In this document: positions 30,232 to 39,970 of the stretch, in pieces | Layout: every line of letters starts with the position of its first letter | Numbering within the stretch: the first letter of the stretch is position 1 | NCBI GenBank assembly: GCA_963765495.1 | Contig: CAVXWP010000007.1 | Span: 480,001 to 544,000, forward strand | Direction: 5' to 3' | DNA length: 64,000 nucleotides | Origin: Blastocatellia bacterium | Lineage (GTDB): Bacteria > Acidobacteriota > Blastocatellia > UBA7656 | Notes under the pieces: generated by a model | Told to the model about the DNA's origin: nothing | Seen by the model: only the letters and a program-made list of their open reading frames with translations | The model's database searches: none | Position numbers and translations under genes: made by a program

Positions 30232-30290
30232 GCCACAGAGCCACAGAGATTCTTAATGATCTTTTCTCTGCGTCTTTGTGGCTGTGTGGC
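30232..30290. repeat. Palindrome with CCACAGAG 8-mer arms
   Basis: GCCACAGAGCCACAGAGA..TCTCTGCGTCTTTGTGGCTGTGTGGC. Confidence 0.75.
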
Positions 30291-30422
30291 TAATTCGAAT
30301 TTTCACTTGAAGGGGCCAAATTTGACATACCGGAATTTGGTCGGCATACTTAAGACTGACGGTTGGACGACTGAGAGTGTTAATCCTCCGAACTCGAAAC
30401 GAACAAATGGAGGGAAACACTA

Positions 30423-30881
30423 GTGGATAACGACAAAGTAATAAGCAAACTCAACGATCTTATAGAGATATGCCGTGACGGGCAGCAAGGCTTCAAAGAA
30501 GCATCTGAAAACGCCGAGAACCCCGATCTGAAATCATTTTTTAATCAGGCAAGTCAACAACGTGCTCAATTCGCAGGCGAGCTTCAACAGGAAGTGCGCG
30601 GCCTGGGCGGCGATCCTGAAACTAGCGGTTCGGCTACGGGAGCCGCGCATCGCGCGTGGATAAATATCAAGGGGACACTTACCGGCAAGGACGATCATTC
30701 GATACTCAACGAAGTCGAAAGAGGCGAAGATTCGGCGGTCGAAACCTATCAGGAAGTGCTCAAAGACGGTCTCCCGACCAACATACTCACAATCGTAGAA
30801 AGACAGTTCCGATCAATCAAGCAGTCGCATGATCGCGTCAAGCAACTGCGCGACGCGAAATCCGCCACAAGCGGCAAGTAG
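30423..30881 (+). CDS. PA2169-family four-helix ferritin-like protein (DUF2383)
   Basis: LNDLIE.CRDGQQGF, AHRAW and EVERGED motifs. Confidence 0.88.
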   Translation: MDNDKVISKLNDLIEICRDGQQGFKEASENAENPDLKSFFNQASQQRAQFAGELQQEVRGLGGDPETSGSATGAAHRAWINIKGTLTGKDDHSILNEVERGEDSAVETYQEVLKDGLPTNILTIVERQFRSIKQSHDRVKQLRDAKSATSGK

Positions 30882-30890
30882 CAAGCCTTT

Positions 30891-30939
30891 GGGCCGGAGG
30901 CAGAACGACCGATTCAAATGGTCGCCCTGTCTTCGGCCC
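30891..30939 (+). terminator. Long GC-rich hairpin after the ferritin-like gene
   Basis: GGGCCGGAGGCAG..CGACC/GGTCG..CTGTCTTCGGCCC. Confidence 0.5.
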
Positions 30940-30954
30940 GCTCCAGTCTTCAGA

Positions 30955-31191
30955 ATGAACAAAGATGAAATCAGAGCCGGTATCGAGCAGCTTGGATCGG
31001 AAGAGGCAAAGCTGCGCGAAGCGCTCGAAAAGCTTGAAGACGCGGTTCAAACCGCGCCCGGCTCACACGGTCCCGGCAGGCCCTCAGCCGAGACGATGAA
31101 AGCCGAGCGCGAGATCACTTCCATAGTTCTCCGCCTCAATGAAATAGACCGTAAACGCCAGGAACTTTCTGTAGCCTTGAATCTGAATTAA
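30955..31191 (+). CDS. Small coiled-coil hypothetical protein
   Basis: MNKDEIRAGIEQL.. heptad pattern. Confidence 0.5.
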   Translation: MNKDEIRAGIEQLGSEEAKLREALEKLEDAVQTAPGSHGPGRPSAETMKAEREITSIVLRLNEIDRKRQELSVALNLN

Positions 31192-31249
31192 GCGATCCCC
31201 TCTCTCATCACCAATCCGGCAGCCTGAACTTGCGTTAGCTTTCGGGCGG

Positions 31250-31278
31250 TTGATAGCTCGCGGCGCGCTCCCTATAAT
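31250..31278 (+). promoter_or_regulatory. Sigma70 promoter of gatCA
   Basis: TTGATA-17 nt-TATAAT. Confidence 0.7.
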
Positions 31279-31313
31279 TGGCAGGTTCATCACAGGTTCG
31301 AACAGGAGACTTT

Positions 31314-31616
31314 ATGTCTATAACGAAAGATGATGTTGAAAAGATAGCCACGCTTGCGAGGCTCGAGTTGACCGAGGGAGAGATGGAATCGTTCACCCAG
31401 CAACTCAGTGCAATTCTCGGATACATAGATAAACTGAATGAACTGGACACTACGGATGTCGAACCGATGTCGCACTGCTCTACGGCGGGTGGCGATACCG
31501 AGCATGCGCGCCGCGATGATATTGTCAGGCCGAGCCTCGGCCAGGAGCTTGCCACCGCTAATGCGCCTGACGCGGAAGCCGGGTACTTTAAGGTCCCGAA
31601 AGTCATCGGCGGGTAG
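31314..31616 (+). CDS. gatC: Asp/Glu-tRNA amidotransferase subunit C
   Basis: ITKDDVEKIATLARL and NAP..GYFKVPKVI motifs; RBS AGGAGA. Confidence 0.95.
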   Translation: MSITKDDVEKIATLARLELTEGEMESFTQQLSAILGYIDKLNELDTTDVEPMSHCSTAGGDTEHARRDDIVRPSLGQELATANAPDAEAGYFKVPKVIGG

Positions 31617-31622
31617 ATGTTT

Positions 31623-31713
31623 AGTGATGGGTGATGCGTGATTTACCCGATTTGCAGTATGTCTTTAACAGGCAGAATTCCTGACAGTCACGCATCACCC
31701 ATCACCCATCACT
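31623..31713. repeat. Heptamer-armed palindrome between gatC and gatA
   Basis: AGTGATGGGTGATGCGTGA / TCACGCATCACCCATCACCCATCACT; core GTCTTTAACAGG 31661-31672. Confidence 0.85.
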
Positions 31714-31716
31714 GAA

Positions 31717-33183
31717 ATGGAGAGAGATTTGGAACTCAAGGAATTATCAATCAACACGATTCGCGAGCGGATAGCCGGGCGCAAGCTTAGCGCCGTCGAT
31801 GTCTGTCGCGCGGCTCTCGATCGGATAGAAGCCCGCGCGGAACTCAACGCATTCATAACCGTGATGGCAGACTCGGCGCTCGCGCAGGCCGAGCGCATTG
31901 ACCGAAGCGCCGAGCGAGGCGAACTGCTTCCTCCGCTCGCAGGCGCTTGTATCGCGATCAAAGACAACATGGTTATCAACGGCGTTCGCACTACGGCAGG
32001 CTCGCGGATACTCTACAACTACAAGCCGCCATACACTGCAACCGCTGTCAAACGGCTCGAAGAAGCCGGAGCCGTTTTGATAGGCAAGACCAACTGCGAC
32101 GAGTTCGCAATGGGTTCGTCGAATGAGAATTCGGCATACGGGCCGGTCAAGAATCCCTGGAACACCGAGCGCGTGCCCGGAGGGTCTTCGGGTGGCTCGG
32201 CCGTGGCCGTGGCTGCGGGGATGGCTACAGGCGCTCTCGGGTCGGATACGGGCGGGTCTGTTCGCCAGCCCGCGTCTCTTTGTGGAGTTGTGGGGCTGAA
32301 ACCAACTTATGGCCGCGTATCTCGCTACGGGTTGATCGCATTTGGCTCCTCGCTCGACCAGATAGGGCCGCTTGCAAACTCTGTCGAAGATGCGGCTCTT
32401 CTGCTTCAAACAATCGCGGGCCACGATGCGAGCGATTCTACATCGAGCAAAATCGAGACTGGCGATTATGTAGCCCGGCTGGGGGAAGACGTGCGCGGAC
32501 TGAGGGTAGGTGTGCCGCGCGAATATTACGGCGAAGGGCTTGACCCGGAAGTCAGAGAGCGTATCGAATCGGCCATAAAGAAATTCGAAGAGATGGGCGC
32601 ACAGATCGTAGATGTCAGCCTGCCCAACACCGAATACGCGGTCCCCGTTTATTATCTGATCGCAACGGCGGAGGCCAGCGCGAACCTGGCGCGTTACGAC
32701 GGAGTGCGCTACGGCTTTCGAGCCGAAGGCATATCGACGCTCAAGGAGATGTACAGCCGCACGCGCGATGAAGGCTTTGGCGCAGAAGTGAAGCGAAGAA
32801 TTATGCTCGGCACCTACGCATTGTCGGCCGGGTATTATGACGCCTACTACGGCAAAGCCCAGAAGGTGCGTTCGCTCGTTGAGCGAGATTTTCGCGATGC
32901 CTTTGCTTCCTGCGATGTGATTGCAACACCGACTTCGCCCACGCCCGCCTTTCGGCTCGGCGAAAAGACGGATGATCCGCTTGAGATGTATCTATCAGAC
33001 ATCTACACGATCACGGCAAATCTTGCGGGCGTGCCGGGTCTGACCGTGCCGTGCGGCTTCTCTTCTTCGGGGCTGCCTATTGGAATACAACTGATCGGAC
33101 GCCACTTCGATGAAGCGACTTTGTTAAAGGCGGGACACAACCTTGAGAAAGGGATGAGGGATTCAGGGAGGGATGAGGGATGA
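31717..33183 (+). CDS. gatA: Asp/Glu-tRNA amidotransferase subunit A
   Basis: [33 protein letters not shown] and [10 protein letters not shown] motifs. Confidence 0.97.
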   Translation: MERDLELKELSINTIRERIAGRKLSAVDVCRAALDRIEARAELNAFITVMADSALAQAERIDRSAERGELLPPLAGACIAIKDNMVINGVRTTAGSRILYNYKPPYTATAVKRLEEAGAVLIGKTNCDEFAMGSSNENSAYGPVKNPWNTERVPGGSSGGSAVAVAAGMATGALGSDTGGSVRQPASLCGVVGLKPTYGRVSRYGLIAFGSSLDQIGPLANSVEDAALLLQTIAGHDASDSTSSKIETGDYVARLGEDVRGLRVGVPREYYGEGLDPEVRERIESAIKKFEEMGAQIVDVSLPNTEYAVPVYYLIATAEASANLARYDGVRYGFRAEGISTLKEMYSRTRDEGFGAEVKRRIMLGTYALSAGYYDAYYGKAQKVRSLVERDFRDAFASCDVIATPTSPTPAFRLGEKTDDPLEMYLSDIYTITANLAGVPGLTVPCGFSSSGLPIGIQLIGRHFDEATLLKAGHNLEKGMRDSGRDEG

Positions 33184-33310
33184 GGGATGAGGGATGAATC
33201 GAACTTTTAGGAAACACTCTGATAAATGGTTACCCGCAATAATCGGTCTATGTCCCCAGATTCTTATTCATCCCTCATCCCTCATCCCTCATCCCTCATC
33301 CTTCATCCCT
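33150..33310. repeat. Heptamer-armed palindrome (GGGATGA/TCATCCC family) overlapping both convergent stop codons
   Basis: (GGGATGA)n 33150-33197; (TCATCCC)n 33267-33310. Confidence 0.9.
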
Positions 33311-35937
33311 TCTTTCATCGCTTCTCTGGCTGTCTCTATCAATTCCTGCAGGTTGATCGGTTTGGTGATATGCGCGAAGAATCCCGGACGGTGCCCGTTA
33401 CCGGAGTCGTCAAGCTGTTCGAATCCGGTCAGCGCAATGGCAGGCACGTGAGCGGTTTGGGGGCGTTTTCTCAACTCATCGAGCAGATCGTAGCCGTCCA
33501 TCTCAGGCATAGAAATATCTGAGAAAATAATATCGAAAACCCGTGTCTCGGCAATTTGCAGGGCTTCGGCGCCGCTCGTGGCCGTTTCGACTTTTGCTCC
33601 TTCGGCTTTCAGCAGATGGCGCAACATGTCTGTCGTGTCTCTGGAATCGTCTACGACCAGAATACGCTTGCCGTATAAGGCCCCCTCCGCGTTAAAGACG
33701 TCCGGCTGGGCGGATTTGTCGGCAGAGGTTTGGAGCGGGAACCTGACCACGAATCGCGCCCCGCGCCCTATGCCGTCTGAATGGGCATCCACGCGGCCTC
33801 CGTGGAGTTCGGCAAGCTGACGAACAAGCGCAAGCCCTATGCCCATCCCGCCGTGTCTGCGGACGGTGCTGGCATCGGCCTGACGGAACATGTCGAACAC
33901 ATAGGGCAAAAAATCCGGCTCAATGCCTTGCCCGTTGTCTTCTACGGTCAGCCGGGCATGCCCGGCCTCTCGCTCAAGTCTTATCATCACGCGGCCCTGG
34001 TCGGGAGTAAACTTGACGGCATTGTTCAACAAATTCCATGCGATCTGCTGAACGCGCACGGCGTCGGCGTTTATTACGAGCGGCTCCTTTGTGATGATCA
34101 TCATCAGTGTGATCTGTCTGGCTTTCGCATCGGCGCGCACGGTTTCGGCAGCGTCGGTGATGATCTGGCCCAGGGCAACCGGCTGGATATTTAATGCGAG
34201 CTTTCCGGTCTGGAATCGCGACAGGTCGAGCAGATCGGATACGAGTTGCGATTGCGCCAGCGCATTGCGATGAATGACTTCTATCGCTCGCTTGATCATG
34301 GGCGCTTTCTGCGCCTCGTCGTTGCGCGACAGAATCTCTGAATATCCAATAATGACGTTGAGCGGATTTCTCAACTCGTGCGAGAGCGTGGCGAGAAACT
34401 CGTCCTTTATCCGGCTGGCGCGCGACAACTCTTTAACAAGGGCGGCTGCGTCGAGCGCGGCGGCTATCTGATTTGAAATCACCTCCGCGATGTGAATGGT
34501 TGCCTCGTCGCAGGGCGGGTCGCTGTAGTGCCAGTACAACGAGACGACGCCAAGCAATTCCCCGCGCGCCCGCAAAGGGATGGAAAGCACTGACCGTATA
34601 GAGTCGCTGCCCGGTCTGTCATCGCTTTTCAGCCAGACGGGGTCCTGATTCAGATCTCGGATGAATAGTGATCGTTTTGCGCGCGCCGCCCGGGCGCTTG
34701 GAGAGGCTGAGTCTAAATTGAGATGTGTCAGGTTGCTCAACTGCCTGCGCCTTATCCGGTCATCCTCGTCGAGTTGCAGCCCGCATACTCCCTTTGAAGT
34801 GAGCCCGGGACCCTCGCGCTCGGATTCTTCAAGGAGCCAGAAGACGCCTCGCGGCGCTCTCGTCACGTGGCAGATGATTTCAATCAGCCTGTCATAGGTG
34901 GGCGTCTCCTGATTTGAAGCGAGCAGACCGACGCTCGCTTCTTCGAGCCGCAGCAGGGCTTCGGTGCGTTGCTCGGCTTCGTGGCGTGCGGCCTTCGCCT
35001 CTTCGTAGAGCCGGGAATTGATGAGCGCGATTGAAGCTGAATCGGCAAGCGCCTCAAGCAACTCTACTTCGCGGTCGCTCGCCCGGTGAATCTTTGCCCA
35101 GTAGACTCCAATCGCGCCCAGCGGTTTGTCCCGCTTCATCGGAACAATCGCAAGGCTCTTTACAAATGTCGCGCGGTAGTACTCTAAGGGTATGCGCTCG
35201 TCGGCGTAGATGTCTTCGACGATGGCAGGAACATGTTCTTTTACGGCCCAGCCGGAGATGCATTGATTTATATGAAATCGCTGCCCCCGCCAGAGCGGAG
35301 CTACGGCGTCTACATCGGCATAGTGGACCTCGTCTTTTTCAAGCAGGACAAAGCTTGCGCCGTTGGCGTTGACCAGATCGCGCGCCGCCCCGCAAACCAC
35401 TCTCATCACATCACCGAGATCGAGCAGAGCCGACAGTTTTCGGGTTACTTCGGCCAGCAGCGCGCTCTCACGCCGCCTCTGCTCGACTTCCATCTCGTGG
35501 AGCCGGGCGTTGCTGAGCGTGATCGCGGCCTGATCGGCGAGCGCCGCAAGCAACCACCGATCTTCTTCGGTCAGATCAGACGCGCAGGCGACGGCGAGCA
35601 ATCCGTTCAGCGAATTCTTGACCAGAACAGGGACCGCGGTCAGTGACCTATCGGGCGAACAGTCGATCAAACTGGAGAGTCTTTCCACCACCGATTCTTC
35701 CATCGGGGCAGAGAACCGGCTGGCCTTGTCCGCATCAATGCCTCTGGCGGCGCGGATGCGAAGCTGCCCCTCGTTGTCGGCAATCAGCAGCAGGCAATAT
35801 TGGGCGCTCACAAGTTCGCTCGCGTTTGTGACAATCAGGCGCAGTAGCTCATCGAAATCGAGCGAGGCTGTGATTGCGCGATTGATCTCCGTAAGACGTT
35901 TGAATCTCTCGATCCTTCTGGATTGTTCCAATGACAT
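33289..35937 (-). CDS. Hybrid histidine kinase with three GAF domains and a C-terminal receiver
   Basis: FLATLSHELRNPL, NLLNNAVKFT, GGMGIGL, LVVDD and FSDISMP motifs. Confidence 0.92.
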   Translation of the reverse strand: MSLEQSRRIERFKRLTEINRAITASLDFDELLRLIVTNASELVSAQYCLLLIADNEGQLRIRAARGIDADKASRFSAPMEESVVERLSSLIDCSPDRSLTAVPVLVKNSLNGLLAVACASDLTEEDRWLLAALADQAAITLSNARLHEMEVEQRRRESALLAEVTRKLSALLDLGDVMRVVCGAARDLVNANGASFVLLEKDEVHYADVDAVAPLWRGQRFHINQCISGWAVKEHVPAIVEDIYADERIPLEYYRATFVKSLAIVPMKRDKPLGAIGVYWAKIHRASDREVELLEALADSASIALINSRLYEEAKAARHEAEQRTEALLRLEEASVGLLASNQETPTYDRLIEIICHVTRAPRGVFWLLEESEREGPGLTSKGVCGLQLDEDDRIRRRQLSNLTHLNLDSASPSARAARAKRSLFIRDLNQDPVWLKSDDRPGSDSIRSVLSIPLRARGELLGVVSLYWHYSDPPCDEATIHIAEVISNQIAAALDAAALVKELSRASRIKDEFLATLSHELRNPLNVIIGYSEILSRNDEAQKAPMIKRAIEVIHRNALAQSQLVSDLLDLSRFQTGKLALNIQPVALGQIITDAAETVRADAKARQITLMMIITKEPLVINADAVRVQQIAWNLLNNAVKFTPDQGRVMIRLEREAGHARLTVEDNGQGIEPDFLPYVFDMFRQADASTVRRHGGMGIGLALVRQLAELHGGRVDAHSDGIGRGARFVVRFPLQTSADKSAQPDVFNAEGALYGKRILVVDDSRDTTDMLRHLLKAEGAKVETATSGAEALQIAETRVFDIIFSDISMPEMDGYDLLDELRKRPQTAHVPAIALTGFEQLDDSGNGHRPGFFAHITKPINLQELIETAREAMKEGMKDEG

Positions 35938-36044
35938 ATAATCAGGTTACCGGTTGGCATCCGCAATCCGCTCGGGCGTGATGCGGGACAGGTGATGAGC
36001 ATGCAGCGTCCAGCCGGAATTTATTATATCAGAGTCGGAGAATA

Positions 36045-37442
36045 TCACTCATTGATTTGGCGGGCATTTGTTACGACGACGCCTTCGGACGAAATCTCAA
36101 GCATGTGCTCACGCTGATCGTGGGCGCTGCCCCGCGTCTTGACGGTACGTATAATGCGGAGCATATCCAGGTCGGAAGTAAATTGAAGCAGCAGCACATT
36201 ATCGCTCATATTCGATACCTGTTCATTGCTGATCTGTTGAAAATCGAAGAGGCGGTCAAGCTCGAGCATCATCAGACAGGTCACGTTTTCGACGGCGCAC
36301 CACTGTGTCAGAGAGTATATGTAATCGGCGAAGCGATTATCATCGAGGCTGGAGCGCCGCAGATCTCCGAGCGCATCTATGACGACTCGCTTGATGCGGC
36401 CCTGGCGGATGCGTTGAAACAACTCCGAGGCAACGCTGTCGAGCTGCATCTCTACGGGCGAGCGATACATAAACTCGAATCTGTCTCCGCCCAGAATCTC
36501 ATCCGGGTTCCATCCGAAATTCTGCATGATTCGCGCAATCTGGACGGGATTCTCCTGAAAGCCTACGAATATGCCCGGTTCGCCTTCCTTCACACCCTCT
36601 CGTATGAAGTGCAGCCCGATGACGGTCTTGCCCGACCCCGTAGGGCCTGCCACAAGCGTAGAGCTTCCGCGCCAGAAGCCCCCTTCGATCATCTCGTCAA
36701 GCCCTGTGATTCCGGTCTTCAGGCGCTGAACAGCGGCGGAATAATCGGGGAAGCTCGAGGGGGTCAGCAGTCGGGGATAAACCTCGATGCCGCTGTGGCT
36801 GATCGAAAAAGCGTGCAGTCCGGAGATGGTCGCCGAACCGCGCAATTTTTCTATGCGCAGGAATCGCTGCTCGCGCGTGCCTATGTGTAGCTTGATGAGT
36901 TGGATCACTCCGTCTGCGATGGCGAATTCAGGCAACCGGGTCATCATCTCTTCCGCATACTCTCCTACCAGAAAACTCGTGCAGGAGTATGAAGTGAGCA
37001 CGCTTGCAAGATCGAATGCCAGCGACCGCCGATCTTCGGCGGTTGGGCGAAGATCGCTCAGGGCCTTGAACGAATCGATGATGATCATCTTCGGTCTGTG
37101 TTTGGCAATCATGTCCGTGATAATACCGGCGAGCGCCGAGGTGCCGTGCTGCTTGAGCATAATGCCCAGGTCTTCGAAGAATATGGATACGCCCACCTTG
37201 CCGGTATCGAAAAAATCGGATGTCTGGCCGTGTATGATAAATTTTTCGAGCGGCTCGGAAAGGGTGGAAAGATAGAGAGCCGGTCGCTCGGGTGTCGCAT
37301 TTGCGAAGGCCATCTGCTGCGCAAGAATCGTCTTGCCCGTACCCGGCGCGCCCATGATGATGTTGATCGAATTGGCGAGAAAACCGCCCCGTAATATGAA
37401 ATCAAGTTCCGGGCTACCCGTGCTGGTTCGTTCGTTACTCAT
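36045..37442 (-). CDS. KaiC/RAD55-family double ATPase
   Basis: Two Walker A motifs (GAPGTGKT, GPTGSGKT); EKLRGS and VKTRGS. Confidence 0.9.
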   Translation of the reverse strand: MSNERTSTGSPELDFILRGGFLANSINIIMGAPGTGKTILAQQMAFANATPERPALYLSTLSEPLEKFIIHGQTSDFFDTGKVGVSIFFEDLGIMLKQHGTSALAGIITDMIAKHRPKMIIIDSFKALSDLRPTAEDRRSLAFDLASVLTSYSCTSFLVGEYAEEMMTRLPEFAIADGVIQLIKLHIGTREQRFLRIEKLRGSATISGLHAFSISHSGIEVYPRLLTPSSFPDYSAAVQRLKTGITGLDEMIEGGFWRGSSTLVAGPTGSGKTVIGLHFIREGVKEGEPGIFVGFQENPVQIARIMQNFGWNPDEILGGDRFEFMYRSPVEMQLDSVASELFQRIRQGRIKRVVIDALGDLRRSSLDDNRFADYIYSLTQWCAVENVTCLMMLELDRLFDFQQISNEQVSNMSDNVLLLQFTSDLDMLRIIRTVKTRGSAHDQREHMLEISSEGVVVTNARQINE

Positions 37443-37881
37443 GTAATTTGTCCTCAGCAAACAACATTTGCTCGGCGATCAATCTCTCAACGGATTTGAT
37501 GAGCCGCTCATCGCCAAGCGGTTTGAGCACAAAGGCATCTGCTCCTGCCTCGCGCGCCCGATCCTTTGCTTCCAGATGGCTGAAAATAAGCACCTTGATC
37601 GGGCGAGTCACGGGGTCGTTTTTAAGCTTGCGGCATAGACTCAGCCCGTCGAGTTTGGGAACCAATATTTCGCTCACAAGTATATCGGGTAAAAGCTCTC
37701 TTGCCCGTTCAAGAGCCGAAAGCCCGTCGGCGGTGAACTCTACGCTGTAGCCCGCCTGTTCGAGGAAGAAGCGTTCCAATCGCTGAACCACCGGGTTGCG
37801 CTCGACGACAAGGATCAGCGCGCGTCTCTCCAGAGTCGGGCGGGTGGGTGCTTTGTTATCGGCTTCTCCGGGCGATGACAT
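37435..37881 (-). CDS. Single-domain (pseudo)receiver protein
   Basis: Receiver fold; VVERNP and LVSEILVP where DD and the phospho-Asp are expected. Confidence 0.85.
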   Translation of the reverse strand: MSSPGEADNKAPTRPTLERRALILVVERNPVVQRLERFFLEQAGYSVEFTADGLSALERARELLPDILVSEILVPKLDGLSLCRKLKNDPVTRPIKVLIFSHLEAKDRAREAGADAFVLKPLGDERLIKSVERLIAEQMLFAEDKLHE

Positions 37882-38034
37882 ATCTGACCTCTTGATCGAA
37901 ACGGGAACGAGCCTTGTCAAATAATTCTGATTTTGGAAGCGCTCGCCACTGGCAAGGGAGTGAAGTTTATACTATCGCGGCAGGAACTGACAATCTGAAA
38001 AAGATGAATGCCAGGAACCTTGAGGACTGACAAG

Positions 38035-38200
38035 CAGGGCCATTCAGTTTTCCAAAATAGAGGGTGAGAAAATAGAAATAGGCCGCGAATTTACGCGGAT
38101 ACGGCGGATGTTCACGGATCAGGTCATATAGAACCAAATCCGTGTAAATTCGCCCGATCCGCGTCCGTCCGCGGTCTATTTCTACTCACCCTACTTTGGA
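38035..38200. mobile_element. MITE-like palindromic element (CAGGGCCATTCAGTT end; CGCGGAT internal repeats)
   Basis: Arms TCCAAAATAGAGGGTGAG..TAGAAATAGGCCGCG / CGCGGTCTATTTCTACTCACCCTACTTTGGA; same end sequence at 12050-12066, 42906 and 43030. Confidence 0.65.
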
Positions 38201-38262
38201 GTTTCGTTTGTACCCATCTTGTGCATTTCGATTTAGTGCCATTGATGCCGGATGCGGGCCGC

Positions 38263-39876
38263 TTATTGCACTGCGGCGTCGGCAGCCGGTTTTTTGTCGA
38301 CGACAAGCCGGTGGTCGAGATTGGCCACGCGCCAGCCCGTAGCAAAGACCATGCGCGTGATCCGCTCCATCTTCTGGAAATCGATCTTGTCAACGTCGTC
38401 GGTCGGACGATGATAATCCTCGTGAACTCCCGTGAAATAGAATATGATCGGGATGCCGTGCTTGGCATAGTTATAATGATCCGAGCGGTAATAGAACCTC
38501 TGCGGGTGGTTCTCGTCGTTGTATGTGTAGTCAAAATTCATGTGAGCCGTGTCTTTGTTTGTCTGCTCACTGATCTTATTCAACTCGGTCGAAAGCTTGT
38601 CTGCGCCGATGATATAGACCGAGTCCTTATCGGTCAATTCCTTATCGCTTGGTTTTGAGTCGTCCGGCGTGCGGGTGCGACCGATCATATCGATATTGAA
38701 GTCGGCTACCAGTTTCTCAAGCGGAACAACGGGTTTGTAATCGGTATTGTATGAGGACCCGAGCAGCCCCATCTCTTCACCCGTGTGAAATATGATGAGA
38801 ATCGACCGTTTTGGTCTCGGACTTATCGAGAGGGCTTCGGCTATTTCAAGCACTGCCACGGTGCCGCTGCCATCGTCATCTGCGCCGTTATAGATTTCAC
38901 CGTTCTTGCCGGTTTGCAGGTGGTCGTAATGCGCGCTGAAGACCACATATTGATCCTTCAGTTTTGGATCGGAGCCTTCGAGTATGCCTGCCACATTCTG
39001 AGCAGGCGGCGCTTCCTTGACCTCTACGCTCATATTGAGAGCGGCCTTGGCCGGAATCGCCATGGGTTTGAAGGCATCGCCGGAAGCTTTAGTAAAGAAG
39101 GCCTCTTCTTTGCCCATTGCTTCGGCAAGAGCTTTGACAAGCGCAGGGCCGGCCAGAACGGCCGGGAATTTGCTCCCCGCCTCAGCGCCCTTCGGCGGAA
39201 GGCTTGCACCCTGTCGGGTGGCAAACATTTTGACCCTCGGCCACATTGACAGCAGATTCGGGACTATGGCTATTCCGCCTATAGCGCCGTGCTTTATGGC
39301 CGCTTTCTCTCCGTGTTCATCCTCGCTGAGCTTTACATTCTTGAGAGGGTTTTCTATGCCGAGTATTACGACGATCTTCCCCTTCACATCCACGTTCGCG
39401 TAATCGTCGTGATTGTTTCCCGGCGAAGAGACTCCATAACCGACAAAGACCAGATCGCCGCTCAGGTTTGTGTTGACCGGCGATTGCGCGGCGAAATCGT
39501 CCGCATACTTGAATTCCTTCTTACCCCCTCCGACCGTCAGCGAAAGTTTTGTATTTTCAGAATCCACGTTGTTATAGCTGAGCGGCACTTTCTGAAAGAA
39601 TGAACCGCCTTCGGCCGCGCCGTGATAGCCGTAATGCTCCAGGCGCGAGGCCAGATAGCGCGCGGCTATCAGGTTCCCCTGGCTCAGGGTATATCGCCCG
39701 CCGAGTTCGTCGGAAGCGAGAAAGCTCAAATGCATTTTAAGATCGGCGGCCGTGATGCTCGATGTAGCTTCCGGCGACGGGAGCGGCATATTACTGGCGC
39801 TCGCAATCGGGGCCAGAGAGAGCGCCGTAAGCAAGACAACCGCAAACACCCTTTTTAACTGATTAGCTCTTTTCAT
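38263..39876 (-). CDS. Secreted M28-family peptidase with PA domain
   Basis: SAHYDH, NGADDDGSG, GEEMGLLGS and RSDHYNY motifs. Confidence 0.9.
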   Translation of the reverse strand: MKRANQLKRVFAVVLLTALSLAPIASASNMPLPSPEATSSITAADLKMHLSFLASDELGGRYTLSQGNLIAARYLASRLEHYGYHGAAEGGSFFQKVPLSYNNVDSENTKLSLTVGGGKKEFKYADDFAAQSPVNTNLSGDLVFVGYGVSSPGNNHDDYANVDVKGKIVVILGIENPLKNVKLSEDEHGEKAAIKHGAIGGIAIVPNLLSMWPRVKMFATRQGASLPPKGAEAGSKFPAVLAGPALVKALAEAMGKEEAFFTKASGDAFKPMAIPAKAALNMSVEVKEAPPAQNVAGILEGSDPKLKDQYVVFSAHYDHLQTGKNGEIYNGADDDGSGTVAVLEIAEALSISPRPKRSILIIFHTGEEMGLLGSSYNTDYKPVVPLEKLVADFNIDMIGRTRTPDDSKPSDKELTDKDSVYIIGADKLSTELNKISEQTNKDTAHMNFDYTYNDENHPQRFYYRSDHYNYAKHGIPIIFYFTGVHEDYHRPTDDVDKIDFQKMERITRMVFATGWRVANLDHRLVVDKKPAADAAVQ

Positions 39877-39897
39877 AAAACTCCTTTTGATGACGCC

Positions 39898-39968
39898 CGA
39901 TACGTGATTCCACTGTTAACGACAACTTGCAACTCTGGTAACTCACGAATCACATATCACGCATCGCG
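39898..39968. repeat. Heptamer-armed palindrome (TGCGTGA family)
   Basis: GATACGTGA..TCACGAATCACATATCACGCATCGCG; core CTGTTAACGAC 39913-39923. Confidence 0.65.
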
Positions 39969-39970
39969 CG

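Noticed and set aside
31314-33183. gatCA without gatB
   Set aside because: Split gat loci are common; gatB is probably elsewhere
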